A stretch of 64,000 nt of DNA from positions 389-64,388 of the forward strand of contig DASROJ010000117.1 in assembly GCA_035646975.1 (NCBI GenBank), written 5' to 3'. Position 1 is the stretch's first letter. Each line of letters begins with the position of its first letter. The notes under the pieces are model-generated. The model was not told the DNA's origin. It did not search any database and saw nothing but the letters and a program-made list of their open reading frames with translations. This DNA is from Patescibacteria group bacterium (GTDB lineage Bacteria > Acidobacteriota > Polarisedimenticolia > JACPZX01 > DASXTC01). This document shows positions 49,633 through 59,728 of the stretch, in pieces. A program made the translations under genes and the position numbers.

Positions 49633-51831
49633 TCATGCCGCCGGCAGCTCGATGATGAAGCGCGTCCCTCTGGGCCGGTTGTCCTCCACCCGGATGTAAC
49701 CGTGGTGATCGGAGATGATCCGGTTGACGATGGCCAGGCCAAGCCCGGTGCCGCGTTTCTTGGTGGAGAAGTATGGCAGGAACAGCTTCTCCTTGTCCTC
49801 CGGCCGGATTCCGGGGCCGTCGTCGGCCACTTCGACACGCATCATCTGGAGCGGGGCAAGATAGCTTGTCGCGATGGCGATCTCCCCCTTGCTTCCCATC
49901 GCTTCGAGCGCATTGTCGATCAGATTCACGAAGACCCGCTTCATCTGCTCGGGGTCGAGGCGCACGCTGGGCAGCGCATCGTCATAGTTTCGCTCGAACT
50001 GGACATCCTGGTACGCCCCCTGGTAGAGCCCCAGAGCCGAGTCGATGATTTCGTGAAGGTCGGCGGGGCCGGGATTGGCGGCCGGCATTCTCGCGAAACC
50101 CGAAAACTCGTCGACGAGAGTCTTCAGGGTCTTGACTTCCTTGACGATGATGGTGGCGCCCTCCTTCACCACCTCGCCGAGGTCGGGCGCGCCTTCCTTC
50201 CACTTCTTGAGCATCCGCTGCGCCGAAAGTTGTATCGGCGTGAGCGGGTTCTTGATCTCGTGAGCGATGCGGCGCGCCACCTCCCGCCACGCCGCCACCT
50301 TCTGCGCCTTGATGAGCGATGTGATGTCCTCCACCACGATCAACAGGCCATGACCGGCCCCGCCGCTCATCTCCAGGGGCGAGAAAACCGCCGCGAGCGA
50401 CAGCGGCTGGCCTCCGATGCTGACATGGAATTCGCGCGAAAGGCTGGCCCCCGGGCTGGCCAGCAGCCGAGGGATGAGCGTGGTGATCTCGGCGAGGCTC
50501 TCGCGTCCCAGCAGCTCGTGGTAGAAGAGCCCGCGCACGTCCTGCGACGACTCGATGCGAAGGATGCGCCGCGCCGCCCGGTTGATCGTCGTGGCACGCC
50601 CATCCTGGTCGAGCGAGATGACGCCGGTGGGAATGCTCTCGAGCACGGTCTCGATGTAACGGCGGCGCTCTTCGAGCTCGAGGTTTCGCTCCTGGAGCTC
50701 GAGGTTGGAGGACTCAATCGCCTGACGGCTCCCCTTCAACTCCCGCGTCATGGTGTTGAAGGACCGGACGAGAATTCCCAGCTCGTCGCCGGCATCGAGT
50801 CCAATCTGGTACTCGAGATTGCCCGATGACACCTCGCGCGTCCCCTCGGCGAGCATCTGAATCGGCACGGTGATTCCCCGCGCCAGGTAAAGCCCGACCC
50901 AGGTCGCGGAAAAGAGGATGAGCAGGGCGATCAGGCCGAACCCGAGGACGTAGACACGCTTGATGTTGCTCTTCTGGAGCTTGAGCTGGCGATAGTTGTC
51001 GACGTTGCGTGCGATCTCGGACGTCATCGCGGCGGTCTCCTTGCCGACGTACGAGCCGGCCACCGCCACCCCGATCACCTCGTGCCGCTGCGACGCGAAG
51101 AGCGGAACGCCCGATCGCACCAGCTGGCCCGAGCCGAGCCCATCCTGCCAGGAAAAGGTGCCCCCTTTCAGGCCTTCGGCGAGCACCTCTTCGGGTATCG
51201 GCTTGAGGTCGCCGACAGGCATCCGGGGATTGGCGACCGTGAGCGGCTCCTCTCCCCTGAAGTACACCGACACCAGGTCGAGATGCCTCATCTGCAACGC
51301 GGCGTCCATGCCGCGCAACAGCTCGGATCGGCCGCCTTCGGGCAGCCGGTGCTGAGTCAGGTCGGCGGCGATGTCGCCCGCGAACCGCTCGCAGCGCTTT
51401 TTCTGGTCACTGTAGTAGACATCGACGACGGCCCGGGAATCCTCGCTGATCTTGTCCACATCCGTCGAGAACCACCGTTCGATCGATCGGTCGATGATGC
51501 TCACCGCGGTCGTGAACAGGAGGACCGATGGCACCAGGCAGAGTCCGAGAAAGGTGAACACCAGCTTGGTTCGGAAACGCGAGCCGAGGATGTTCCGGTG
51601 ACGTTCGAGCAGCAGCTTGATGAGGTTCCTGACCAGCATCATCAGCAGCGCCAGGATCAGCAGAACGTTCACGATCCCGAGGAAGGAAAACAGGATCGTG
51701 TTGGTGACCCACTGCCAGGAGTACTGGTCGGTTCTTTGCAGGAACGTGTAGATGGCGGTGAGAAGCAGAACCAGGGCCAGGATGCCGAACAGGATGAGCC
51801 GGTCGGTCTTTACCCGTCGATCAACGGGCAC
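49633..51831 (-). CDS. ntrY: sensor histidine kinase NtrY-like (membrane, HAMP, PAS, HisKA, HATPase)
   Basis: Multiple N-terminal TM segments. HAMP domain. H-box VARRIAHEIKNPLTPIQLSAQ. G-boxes DDGPGI...GTGLGLAIV. Confidence 0.85.
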   Translation of the reverse strand: MPVDRRVKTDRLILFGILALVLLLTAIYTFLQRTDQYSWQWVTNTILFSFLGIVNVLLILALLMMLVRNLIKLLLERHRNILGSRFRTKLVFTFLGLCLVPSVLLFTTAVSIIDRSIERWFSTDVDKISEDSRAVVDVYYSDQKKRCERFAGDIAADLTQHRLPEGGRSELLRGMDAALQMRHLDLVSVYFRGEEPLTVANPRMPVGDLKPIPEEVLAEGLKGGTFSWQDGLGSGQLVRSGVPLFASQRHEVIGVAVAGSYVGKETAAMTSEIARNVDNYRQLKLQKSNIKRVYVLGFGLIALLILFSATWVGLYLARGITVPIQMLAEGTREVSSGNLEYQIGLDAGDELGILVRSFNTMTRELKGSRQAIESSNLELQERNLELEERRRYIETVLESIPTGVISLDQDGRATTINRAARRILRIESSQDVRGLFYHELLGRESLAEITTLIPRLLASPGASLSREFHVSIGGQPLSLAAVFSPLEMSGGAGHGLLIVVEDITSLIKAQKVAAWREVARRIAHEIKNPLTPIQLSAQRMLKKWKEGAPDLGEVVKEGATIIVKEVKTLKTLVDEFSGFARMPAANPGPADLHEIIDSALGLYQGAYQDVQFERNYDDALPSVRLDPEQMKRVFVNLIDNALEAMGSKGEIAIATSYLAPLQMMRVEVADDGPGIRPEDKEKLFLPYFSTKKRGTGLGLAIVNRIISDHHGYIRVEDNRPRGTRFIIELPAA

Positions 51832-52417
51832 GGAGAGTCCCGTCCGCCGGAAGGCTCAGCCTGACCTTCTCCCACCCTGTTTCCACGTCCCAGGGGATGA
51901 AGAACAGGATGAACCTCTTCTGGAGCCGTGACTTCACCCGGATGTACAGCGAGTCGTTTTCGACTCCACCCAGGATGGTCGGGTCGGCGAGGCGGACGTG
52001 CTCGAGGTTTGTCATCCATCGCATCATCTCGGCTTCGTTGATCGCGACGGAGGACTCCGTCACTTCGTCGTTCACCCTCTTCGACAGGCTGTACTGATGG
52101 GTCAGCGTGTCGTAGGTGACCGTCGTGGTGACTGTTTTTCGAAGCAGGACCTTGTCGAACCAGAGGGGCCGCCGGTTCGCCACTTCGAGGAAGTAGGTGA
52201 ACGTGACAGGAAGCCCGGTGCCGATCTTCTCCCGGATCTCCTCGCTGAACGCGTTGTTGAGCGCGAACGAGGCGTAGACGTCGTGGTCGGTGGCGCTCGT
52301 CCTGAGCGATGCCACCGAGGCGTCGGCCAGCAGCTTCGAGGAAACGGGAACCGCGAGAACGGTGGCGCCGGCAGACAAACAGACGATCAAGAAGAGGATG
52401 ACGCCGAGTCGCCGCAA
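51821..52417 (-). CDS. DUF4390-like periplasmic protein (typical NtrY-upstream partner)
   Basis: Signal peptide MRRLGVILFLIVCLSAGA. 198 aa. Overlaps the ntrY start by 11 nt. Confidence 0.55.
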   Translation of the reverse strand: MRRLGVILFLIVCLSAGATVLAVPVSSKLLADASVASLRTSATDHDVYASFALNNAFSEEIREKIGTGLPVTFTYFLEVANRRPLWFDKVLLRKTVTTTVTYDTLTHQYSLSKRVNDEVTESSVAINEAEMMRWMTNLEHVRLADPTILGGVENDSLYIRVKSRLQKRFILFFIPWDVETGWEKVRLSLPADGTLRAR

Positions 52418-52552
52418 GCCTGCTGCCTCCGCATGTACGGCCAGCCGGCCGGATGGATCGAGGACGCGGGGAGGTCTCCCCTCGCGCTTCGACGGCTCAT
52501 TCTAGCAAAGGAGCGGCCGGTGTTCCATGCGGACATGACAAATGCAGTTGAT

Positions 52553-53500
52553 TCAGTAGGATGCCGCCCCACGCGCGATTTCGGGCTGGCCCGACGCGGC
52601 AAGCGCGGCCGGAGCTTCCACACCGTGCGTGGCGGGGACGCGTGTGGTGACGACCCAGGCGTCCCGGTTGGCCATCAGCTCGATGAGCAGGCGCGAGTTC
52701 ATCTCGTGGCCGGCCCGGTGAGCCACGACGTGGCCGATGATCGGGTGTCCCATCAGCGCCAGATCGCCGACCAGGTCGAGCGCCTTGTGCCGGACGAACT
52801 CGTCGTGGAACCGGAGACTGTTGAGCGGACCGGTGTCCCCCACCACGACGGCGTTGGCAAGCGAGCCGCCCAGGGCAAGACCGCGTTGCCTGAGCATCTG
52901 AACATCCTTGAGCAGGCAGAAGGTGCGCGCCGGGGCCAGCTCGTTGACGAACGTGCGCTCGTCGATGCTGCGCGAAAGACTCTGTCGCCCGATGGCCGGA
53001 TGGGCGAAATCGATCGTGTAGGTGATACGGAAATGATCGGCCGGATAGATGGTGACCTCTCGATCACCGTCCATCACGCTGACGGCCCGGGTCATCCTGA
53101 TGACCCGTCGCGGAACTCCGAGGTCCCTCAGACCGGCTTCCTTGATAAGATAGACGAACGGGGCGGCGCTGCCGTCCATGATCGGCACTTCGGCGTCCGA
53201 GAGCTGCACGATGGCATTGTCCACACCGAGGCCACGAAACGCGGCCATCAGGTGCTCCACCGTGGAGATGCTGAACCCGTTTCCCGACAGCGTGGTGGCG
53301 TGGTCGGCGCGGGAAATCCGGGCCGTGCCCTCGGGCCCCATCGTGATGGAGGCGTCGTCGTGCTCGGTGCGAAGGTCGGTTCGAACGAACCGGATGCCCG
53401 AATCGGCAGCCGCCGGAAGCACCTGCATGCGGATCTTCCGCCCGGTGTGCAGCCCGACCCCGACCACATCGATGCGCGTTTTGAGCGTGCGTTGTGTCAA
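52553..53500 (-). CDS. lpxC: UDP-3-O-acyl-N-acetylglucosamine deacetylase
   Basis: Translation MTQRTLKTRIDVVGVGLHTGRKIRMQVLPAAADSGIRFVRTDL...HEFVRHKALDLVGDLALMG. Confidence 0.9.
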   Translation of the reverse strand: MTQRTLKTRIDVVGVGLHTGRKIRMQVLPAAADSGIRFVRTDLRTEHDDASITMGPEGTARISRADHATTLSGNGFSISTVEHLMAAFRGLGVDNAIVQLSDAEVPIMDGSAAPFVYLIKEAGLRDLGVPRRVIRMTRAVSVMDGDREVTIYPADHFRITYTIDFAHPAIGRQSLSRSIDERTFVNELAPARTFCLLKDVQMLRQRGLALGGSLANAVVVGDTGPLNSLRFHDEFVRHKALDLVGDLALMGHPIIGHVVAHRAGHEMNSRLLIELMANRDAWVVTTRVPATHGVEAPAALAASGQPEIARGAASY

Positions 53501-53823
53501 CTGGAGGTTCCTTGGCTGTATGTGAGGTGTTGTCCGCTCTCGAATCAGGCGATCCTGGGACTTGACGCTTCGTGCGGTATGTACCTAAGCAGGATGCGTG
53601 CCACCATCGCCATAATAGGCAGATGACAGTAAACCTTATGCTATGAGTAGCTTAACGGTTTGGGGCTTACCCCGAGGGTCAAGAAACTGCAATTGACTGT
53701 GCCGTTCATGCAACAAGTTGTGTGTCGATACCGCCACAGTTGACACCCGGGGGCGCGGTGGTAACATGCGCCGAATCGCCGGCTTGCCCTCGCAGATTTC
53801 TCCCCAGATTCACGGTGCGATGA

Positions 53824-55062
53824 ATGCAAAGAGAGAGCGACAAGCCTCCGGGCCGGGCACGCGGACGCCGGGCTCGTCCTGCCACCGGCGACACGAAGCC
53901 GGCACAGCCGGCAACCCCATCGATCGCAGGCCGCGCAGAGTCGGTGGAGGCACTGCTCGCCGAGGCACGCCGCAAGCTGGACGCTGGCGATCCGGAAGGG
54001 GCTATCGCCAGCTGGGATCTCGCGCTGCGGCTCGAGACCGACAGCCACCGGCTTGCGCTCATCCTCGCACAGATGGGCGACGCGTACGGCGACCTGGGCG
54101 AATCCGAAAAGGCGATGGAAGCCCTCTCGCGCGCCGTAAAGCTCGATCCCGGGTTGGCGGTGGCCTGGATCGGACTCGGCATGGCGCGCCAGCGCTCCGG
54201 CAATCTCGATGCAGCGGCCGTCTGCTTCGGCCGCGCAGCCGAAATCGATCCCAAGCTGCCCGAGGCCTGGAACAACCTCGGCGTCGCCTATGACATGATG
54301 GGGCGACACACCGACGCGCTCGATTGCTTCGCCCGGGCCTGCGAGTCGGCGCCGGAGTCGCCCCAGATCTGGTTCAACCGCGGAAACGCCTGCATCGGGC
54401 TGGGGGACAACGACGCGGCCGTCGCGTCATTCAAGAAGGCGCTGCAGGGTCAGCCGGACGACGCCCGCATCTGGTACAACCTCGCCTATGCGTTTGCGCG
54501 CAGGGGCGACAGCGATTCGGCAATTGCCGCGTACCGCGAGTCGCTGCGAATCGTCCCGGCGGATGCCCCGACCTGGTACAACCTCGCGAACGTCTATTTC
54601 GACACGGGACGCCATCCAGCCGCTATCGCCTGTTACCAGCAGGCGCTGACCCTCTCGCCGGATGATTTCGACTCCTGGAACAACCTCGGCAACTGCTGGT
54701 TGCAGGAAGAGCAGGTCGACGAGGCGATCCGCTGCTACTCCCGCGCGGTGGAGGTTCGCCCCAGCTCGGCCGCTTCATGGAACAACCTGGGCCACGCGTG
54801 GTCGCGCACCGGGGACCAGGAACGAGCGCTGTCCTGTTACAAGGAGGCGATCCGTCTCGAGGAAGAACAGGCGGCCTACTACCTCAACCGCGCGCTTGCC
54901 TACGCGCGGCTCGGTTATGTCGAGGAGGTGTTCAGCGACCTTCGGCATGCCGTGACGCTCAATCCCCTGCTGAGCGACATCCTTCCCACGCTCAAGCCGC
55001 TGGATGCCCTTGCTGAAGACCCACGGTTTCAGGATCTTATTGGCGGGTTTTCGCATCCTTGA
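53824..55062 (+). CDS. TPR-repeat protein
   Basis: At least nine consecutive 34-aa TPRs (...AWNNLGVAYDMMGRHTDALDCFARA...). Confidence 0.65.
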   Translation: MQRESDKPPGRARGRRARPATGDTKPAQPATPSIAGRAESVEALLAEARRKLDAGDPEGAIASWDLALRLETDSHRLALILAQMGDAYGDLGESEKAMEALSRAVKLDPGLAVAWIGLGMARQRSGNLDAAAVCFGRAAEIDPKLPEAWNNLGVAYDMMGRHTDALDCFARACESAPESPQIWFNRGNACIGLGDNDAAVASFKKALQGQPDDARIWYNLAYAFARRGDSDSAIAAYRESLRIVPADAPTWYNLANVYFDTGRHPAAIACYQQALTLSPDDFDSWNNLGNCWLQEEQVDEAIRCYSRAVEVRPSSAASWNNLGHAWSRTGDQERALSCYKEAIRLEEEQAAYYLNRALAYARLGYVEEVFSDLRHAVTLNPLLSDILPTLKPLDALAEDPRFQDLIGGFSHP

Positions 55063-55137
55063 CGCCTCGCGATCAGGGCATCATCATTCGGCTCCGATAA
55101 CCGCCCGTCGATCCTTCCAGAGGAGCCTGGCGTCCAG

Positions 55138-56235
55138 ATGAGCGTCGATCCACGCACCGAAGCCGAAAACCGCCTACAGTCCCTGATTGATGATCGGTTC
55201 GATGGCCTGTCCCGGCGCATCCGGGAATGGCTCGAAGAGTCGCACGTCCGGGCCGGATCACTCACCGAGATCATCGAGCAGGCGCGGCGCGAGCCGCTGC
55301 TGGTGGACACGGAACTCATTGCGCCACGGCCCGGCCCGGCCTCCGCCGGGATGAGCGATCTGGCCCGGTTCGCCCGCGAGGTGGAACGCTCGGCGGATCA
55401 GGTCGTGATTCTCGGACAGCTCCTGAGCGCGGCCGGCTCGTTCGCCTCGCGCGCGGCCCTTTTCGTCGTGCGCAACGAGAGTCTTGTCGGATGGACGGCG
55501 CACGGGTTTGCGGAGGAATTCAACCCTCGGAAAGTCGTGCTGCGATTGCCCGACGGCTGCCTGCTGGGGCGCGCCCACGGCGCCAGCGCGCAGATGGTCG
55601 AGTCCGCGGCGGACGGCGTCGACGCCGATCGTCTCGCCGGCCTGCTGGGCGGCGAGCCCCCCGCGGTGATGATGGCGTCACCTCTCTGGGTGCGGGACCG
55701 GGTTGTCGCCCTGCTCTACGCCGACACGTTCGACACGTCTGGCTCCTGGTCCCCCGAAGCGATCGGCGTGATGGCCACGCTGGCGGCGCTGAGCCTCGAG
55801 GCGATTCCCGCGCGAACGAAGTTTCCGCGCCCGCCGGTTTCACCTGCCGCATCGGAGATCCGGGATTCCGCCATGACGACCCCGCAGCCGGGCACGGCCT
55901 CCGGGCCGAAGCGGCCGGCGGCACGCGATCAGGAACCAGCGGTTTCGCCCACCGAGGAAATCGACCCGGAAGTCGCGCAAGCCCAACAGGACGCGCAGCG
56001 GTTCGCCCGCCTGCTGGTCTCAGAGATTCTTCTGTATAATGAGAAGGAGATCGAGGAAGGGCGCCGCGACAAGGATCTCTATGAGCGCCTGAAGGAAGAC
56101 ATCGAGAGGAGCCGGCAGATGTATCAGCGACGTGCATCGCCCCATCTTTCGGATGGCCCTGATTACTTCCTGCAGGAGCTGGTGCGAACCCTGGCCGATG
56201 GAGACGAGAGCGCCCTCACTGTTCCGTGGGATTGA
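55138..56235 (+). CDS. hypothetical protein (possible GAF-like fold), Pro/Ala-rich linker and conserved C-terminus
   Basis: 365 aa with no recognisable catalytic motif. C-terminus LLVSEILLYNEKEIEEGRRDKDLYERLKEDIERSRQMYQRR. Confidence 0.45.
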   Translation: MSVDPRTEAENRLQSLIDDRFDGLSRRIREWLEESHVRAGSLTEIIEQARREPLLVDTELIAPRPGPASAGMSDLARFAREVERSADQVVILGQLLSAAGSFASRAALFVVRNESLVGWTAHGFAEEFNPRKVVLRLPDGCLLGRAHGASAQMVESAADGVDADRLAGLLGGEPPAVMMASPLWVRDRVVALLYADTFDTSGSWSPEAIGVMATLAALSLEAIPARTKFPRPPVSPAASEIRDSAMTTPQPGTASGPKRPAARDQEPAVSPTEEIDPEVAQAQQDAQRFARLLVSEILLYNEKEIEEGRRDKDLYERLKEDIERSRQMYQRRASPHLSDGPDYFLQELVRTLADGDESALTVPWD

Positions 56236-57122
56236 ACCGCAGACTGCAGGCCGATCTCTGCATCATCGGGCTGAGCGCCATCTGGGGTTGCACGTTCGTC
56301 GTCGTGAAGAGCGCCCTCGCCGACATCTCGCCGATGCTCTTCATCACCATCAGGTTCTGCGCCGCCGCGCTGCCGCTCTATTTTCTGGTTCCTCGCGGAG
56401 CGTTTTCGACGGCCCCGGTCCTGCCGACGCTGGCGGGCGGCTTCGTAACCGGCCTGATGCTGTTCGCGGGATTCGCGTTCCAGACGGTCGGCATCCAGTT
56501 CACCACGCCCGCCCGCGCCGCCTTCATCACGGCGATGTACATCATCTTCACGCCATTGATGTCGATCGCGCTGCGGTTGCGCCCGCCCACGGCCGCTTCG
56601 TTCTGCGGTGCGGTCCTTGCGATCACCGGCCTGTATTTTCTCACCGGAGTCGGGCGCTCCGGTGGCGGGTTCGGCTACGGAGAACTTCTCATCCTGCTCG
56701 CGGCGCTCGCCTTCTCAGCTCACCTGCTCGCCGTGGACCACTACACTCGCCGCCACGACAAGCGCACCATCGCCTTTCTCCAGGTGGCGGTGGTCGGCGT
56801 CCTGGGGATCGGCCCGACCGCGTTGTTCGAGCAGCCGCGCTTCGTCCCGACACCGGGGTTGTTCGGCGCGCTGGCCGTCACGTCGATCCTCGCGACCGCC
56901 GTGGCCTTCTTCGTGCTCAACATCGTCCAGTCATGGACCACCCCCACCCGGGCTGCCGTGATCTTCGCCGCCGAGCCGGTCTTTGCCGCGGTGACGTCAT
57001 GGCTGGTCGAACGCGAGGTGCTCACCGGCGGCGCCCTGTTCGGAGCGCTGCTGATTCTCGCCGGCGTGCTGACAACCGAGCTTGGCCCTCCCGGCCGACG
57101 TGAGACGGAGCCTGCCCTGTGA
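56226..57122 (+). CDS. EamA/DMT family transporter
   Basis: Ten predicted TM helices in two EamA repeats. GTG at 56226. Confidence 0.75.
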   Translation: MGLNRRLQADLCIIGLSAIWGCTFVVVKSALADISPMLFITIRFCAAALPLYFLVPRGAFSTAPVLPTLAGGFVTGLMLFAGFAFQTVGIQFTTPARAAFITAMYIIFTPLMSIALRLRPPTAASFCGAVLAITGLYFLTGVGRSGGGFGYGELLILLAALAFSAHLLAVDHYTRRHDKRTIAFLQVAVVGVLGIGPTALFEQPRFVPTPGLFGALAVTSILATAVAFFVLNIVQSWTTPTRAAVIFAAEPVFAAVTSWLVEREVLTGGALFGALLILAGVLTTELGPPGRRETEPAL

Positions 57123-58429
57123 CCGAGCCAGACACAGTCAGATTCATCGAGGGCGGGCTGACCGGTGCGACGATGCTGTTGCTCGCGGCGCTCATCGCCG
57201 CGTGTCTCGCGGCGGAGGCGTTTTTCTCGGGCTCCGAGGTGGCGCTCGTTTCGGTGGACCGCAACCGCATCCGCCGCCGAGCGGAGGCGGGCTCCGTTAC
57301 GGCGCGGCATGTCCAGAACCTGATCGACCGTCCGGACCGACTCCTGTCGACCACGCTCATCGGCACGAACCTCGCCGTCGTGACGGCGTCGTTTCTTGCC
57401 AACGAGCTGTTCGCCCGCAGGTTTGGCCCCGGCGCATCAGCCTGGGGAATCGTCCTGATGATCCCGCTCATCCTGCTGTTCGGGGAAATCCTGCCCAAGA
57501 CGTTCTCCCGCCGGCATCCCGAGACCATCGCGCTGAAGGTGATCCTTCCGCTGCGTTTCGCCATGCTGCTGATGACGCCGCTGGTGGCGATCACCTCCGG
57601 GGCGGCGCGCCTCTTCGTCCGCCCTTTTCACGCGCGCGGGGGCCGGCTGCCGTTCGTCACGAAGGAAGAGCTGCGGATGATTCTCCACGCGGAGCACCGG
57701 CTCGCACTGGAGCGCGACGAGACCAGCCTCATCAAGCACCTGGTGGATTTTGCCGATGCCAAGGCGGGCGAGCACATGACGCCGCTGGTGGACGTCGCCT
57801 CGCTGCCCCACACGGCCGGCCTGTCCCAGGCGGTGCGCCTCATCCATGAGCGCGGCTTCTCCCGGATTCCGATCTTCGCAGATCGCGTCGACAACATCAC
57901 CGGCATCGTCGAGGCGATGGACCTGATCGACGCCTCGCCGGAAGAAGCCTCCCTGGCCCGATTCATCAAGCTCCCGTTCTACGTGCCCGTCACGGCCCGG
58001 ATCGACGGCCTGCTCGAGGAGTTCCGCCGCACGCACCAGGAGATGGCCGTCGTGGTGGACGAGTACGGTTCCGCCGTCGGCGTCCTGACGCTCGAGGACA
58101 TCGTCGAGGAGATCGTGGGGGATGTCTTCGACGAATTCGACCGCCCGGGAAAGGCCGGTTTCGAACGCTCCGGTGACGGAGCGTTTCTCGTCGACGGCAA
58201 GTACAAGCTCGACGAGCTGGAGGAAAAACTCGGTGTGCGTCTGCCGCGCGCCGGTTACGAGACGGTCGCCGGGCTCACGTCACACCTGTTCCAGAAGGTG
58301 CCCAAGGCCGGTGAGACCCTCGAGCAGGATGGGATTCGAATCACCATCATCGACGCCAGCCAGCGCACGGTGCGCAGGATCAGGCTCGAAATCGTCGGTC
58401 AGGTCGGCTCCGGCGCCAGACCTGCCTGA
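57119..58429 (+). CDS. hemolysin-family / CNNM (DUF21-CBS pair-CorC_HlyC) transporter-associated protein
   Basis: GTG at 57119 overlaps the upstream stop (GTGA). N-terminal DUF21 TM helices. CBS pair. C-terminal CorC domain. Confidence 0.8.
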   Translation: MTEPDTVRFIEGGLTGATMLLLAALIAACLAAEAFFSGSEVALVSVDRNRIRRRAEAGSVTARHVQNLIDRPDRLLSTTLIGTNLAVVTASFLANELFARRFGPGASAWGIVLMIPLILLFGEILPKTFSRRHPETIALKVILPLRFAMLLMTPLVAITSGAARLFVRPFHARGGRLPFVTKEELRMILHAEHRLALERDETSLIKHLVDFADAKAGEHMTPLVDVASLPHTAGLSQAVRLIHERGFSRIPIFADRVDNITGIVEAMDLIDASPEEASLARFIKLPFYVPVTARIDGLLEEFRRTHQEMAVVVDEYGSAVGVLTLEDIVEEIVGDVFDEFDRPGKAGFERSGDGAFLVDGKYKLDELEEKLGVRLPRAGYETVAGLTSHLFQKVPKAGETLEQDGIRITIIDASQRTVRRIRLEIVGQVGSGARPA

Positions 58430-58451
58430 CGCCCTGACGTCATGACGCTCG

Positions 58452-59597
58452 CTATTTTCTGTCGAAGATCTCCTTGGCGATGATCAATCGCTGGATCTGC
58501 GATGTCCCTTCGTAGATCTGGAATACCTTCGCGTCCCGCATCAGTTTTTCGACGGGATACTCCGACGAGAAGCCGTATCCGCCGAACACCTGCACCGCAT
58601 CGAGCGCGCTCTTCATCGCCATGTCCGCGGCGAATGCCTTGGCCATGGCCGCCTGCCTCGTGTTGCGTTCACCCCGGTCGATCGTGCTGGCGCATTGCCA
58701 GACGAGCAGCCTGGCCGCCTCGATGTTCATCGCCATCTCCGCGATCATGAACGACACGGCCTGATGGGCGGAGATCGGCACGCCGAAACTCCGGCGCTCC
58801 TGCGCGTAGCGGATCGAATGCTCCATCGCGCATCGCGCCAGTCCCACCGCGGCGGCCGAGACGATCGGCCGGGTATGGTCGAAGGCCGACATCGCGATCT
58901 TGAAGCCGTCGCCTTCCTTGCCGAGAAGGTTGGATGCGGGCACCTTCACGTCGGTGAAGGTCAGCGCGCGGGTGTCCGAGGCGTGCTGTCCCATGTTCCA
59001 CTCTTTCTTGCCAACCTCGATGCCGGTCGCGGAACGGTCCACGATGAACGCGCTCATTCCCCTGTGTTTCTTCTCCGGGTCGGTGTAGACCAGCACGAAG
59101 TACCAGTCGGCCACGCTGCCATTCGTGATCCACATCTTGGCGCCGTTGAGCACGTAGTCGTTGCCCACTTTCCTGGCGACGGTCTTGATGCCCGCGACAT
59201 CCGAACCGGCGTCCGGCTCGGTGACGCAATAGGCGGCGAACTTGAACTCCTTCGTCATCGGCGCCAGGTATCTCTTCTTCTGGTCCTCGTTGCCTGCGAC
59301 GATGACCGGTGCCTCGGCGAGGGTGTTGGCTTCCATGGCCGTGCCGATGCCCGTGCAGCCCGCCGCCACCTCCTCGGCGATGAGACAGCCTTCGAACACG
59401 CCGAGCCCGGCGCCACCGTAGGCGTCCGGGATATGCGTGTTCATCAGGCCGAGCTCCCAGGCCTTTCTGCATATCTCCCTGGGAAACTCGCCCGTCTTGT
59501 CGTGATGCGGGGCCACGGGCACGATTTCCTGCAGGGCGAACTCGCGCGCCAGGTCGCGGATCTGTCGCTGCTCTTCGGTCAGGGTGAAATCAGGCAT
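58452..59597 (-). CDS. acyl-CoA dehydrogenase
   Basis: Translation MPDFTLTEEQRQIRDLAREFALQEIVPVAPHHDKTGEFP...YCVTEPDAGSDVAGIKT...QIYEGTSQIQRLIIAKE. Confidence 0.9.
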   Translation of the reverse strand: MPDFTLTEEQRQIRDLAREFALQEIVPVAPHHDKTGEFPREICRKAWELGLMNTHIPDAYGGAGLGVFEGCLIAEEVAAGCTGIGTAMEANTLAEAPVIVAGNEDQKKRYLAPMTKEFKFAAYCVTEPDAGSDVAGIKTVARKVGNDYVLNGAKMWITNGSVADWYFVLVYTDPEKKHRGMSAFIVDRSATGIEVGKKEWNMGQHASDTRALTFTDVKVPASNLLGKEGDGFKIAMSAFDHTRPIVSAAAVGLARCAMEHSIRYAQERRSFGVPISAHQAVSFMIAEMAMNIEAARLLVWQCASTIDRGERNTRQAAMAKAFAADMAMKSALDAVQVFGGYGFSSEYPVEKLMRDAKVFQIYEGTSQIQRLIIAKEIFDRK

Positions 59598-59662
59598 CGC
59601 GGTGTCTCCTCCGGTGAGTCGGAATCAGCGGCTTGGGCTGCGTCAAGCGTCGTCGCTTCGAA

Positions 59663-59728
59663 CAGGCTCGGGGCATCACACAGGCTCGGGGCATCACACA
59701 GGCTCGGGGCGCTGCGAAAGCTCGGGCC
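59663..59728. repeat. tandem 18-bp repeat x3.6 (CAGGCTCGGGGCATCACA)
   Basis: Two perfect copies at 59663-59680 and 59681-59698, then two degenerate ones. Lies between the acyl-CoA dehydrogenase start and the cupin gene 3' end. Confidence 0.8.
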
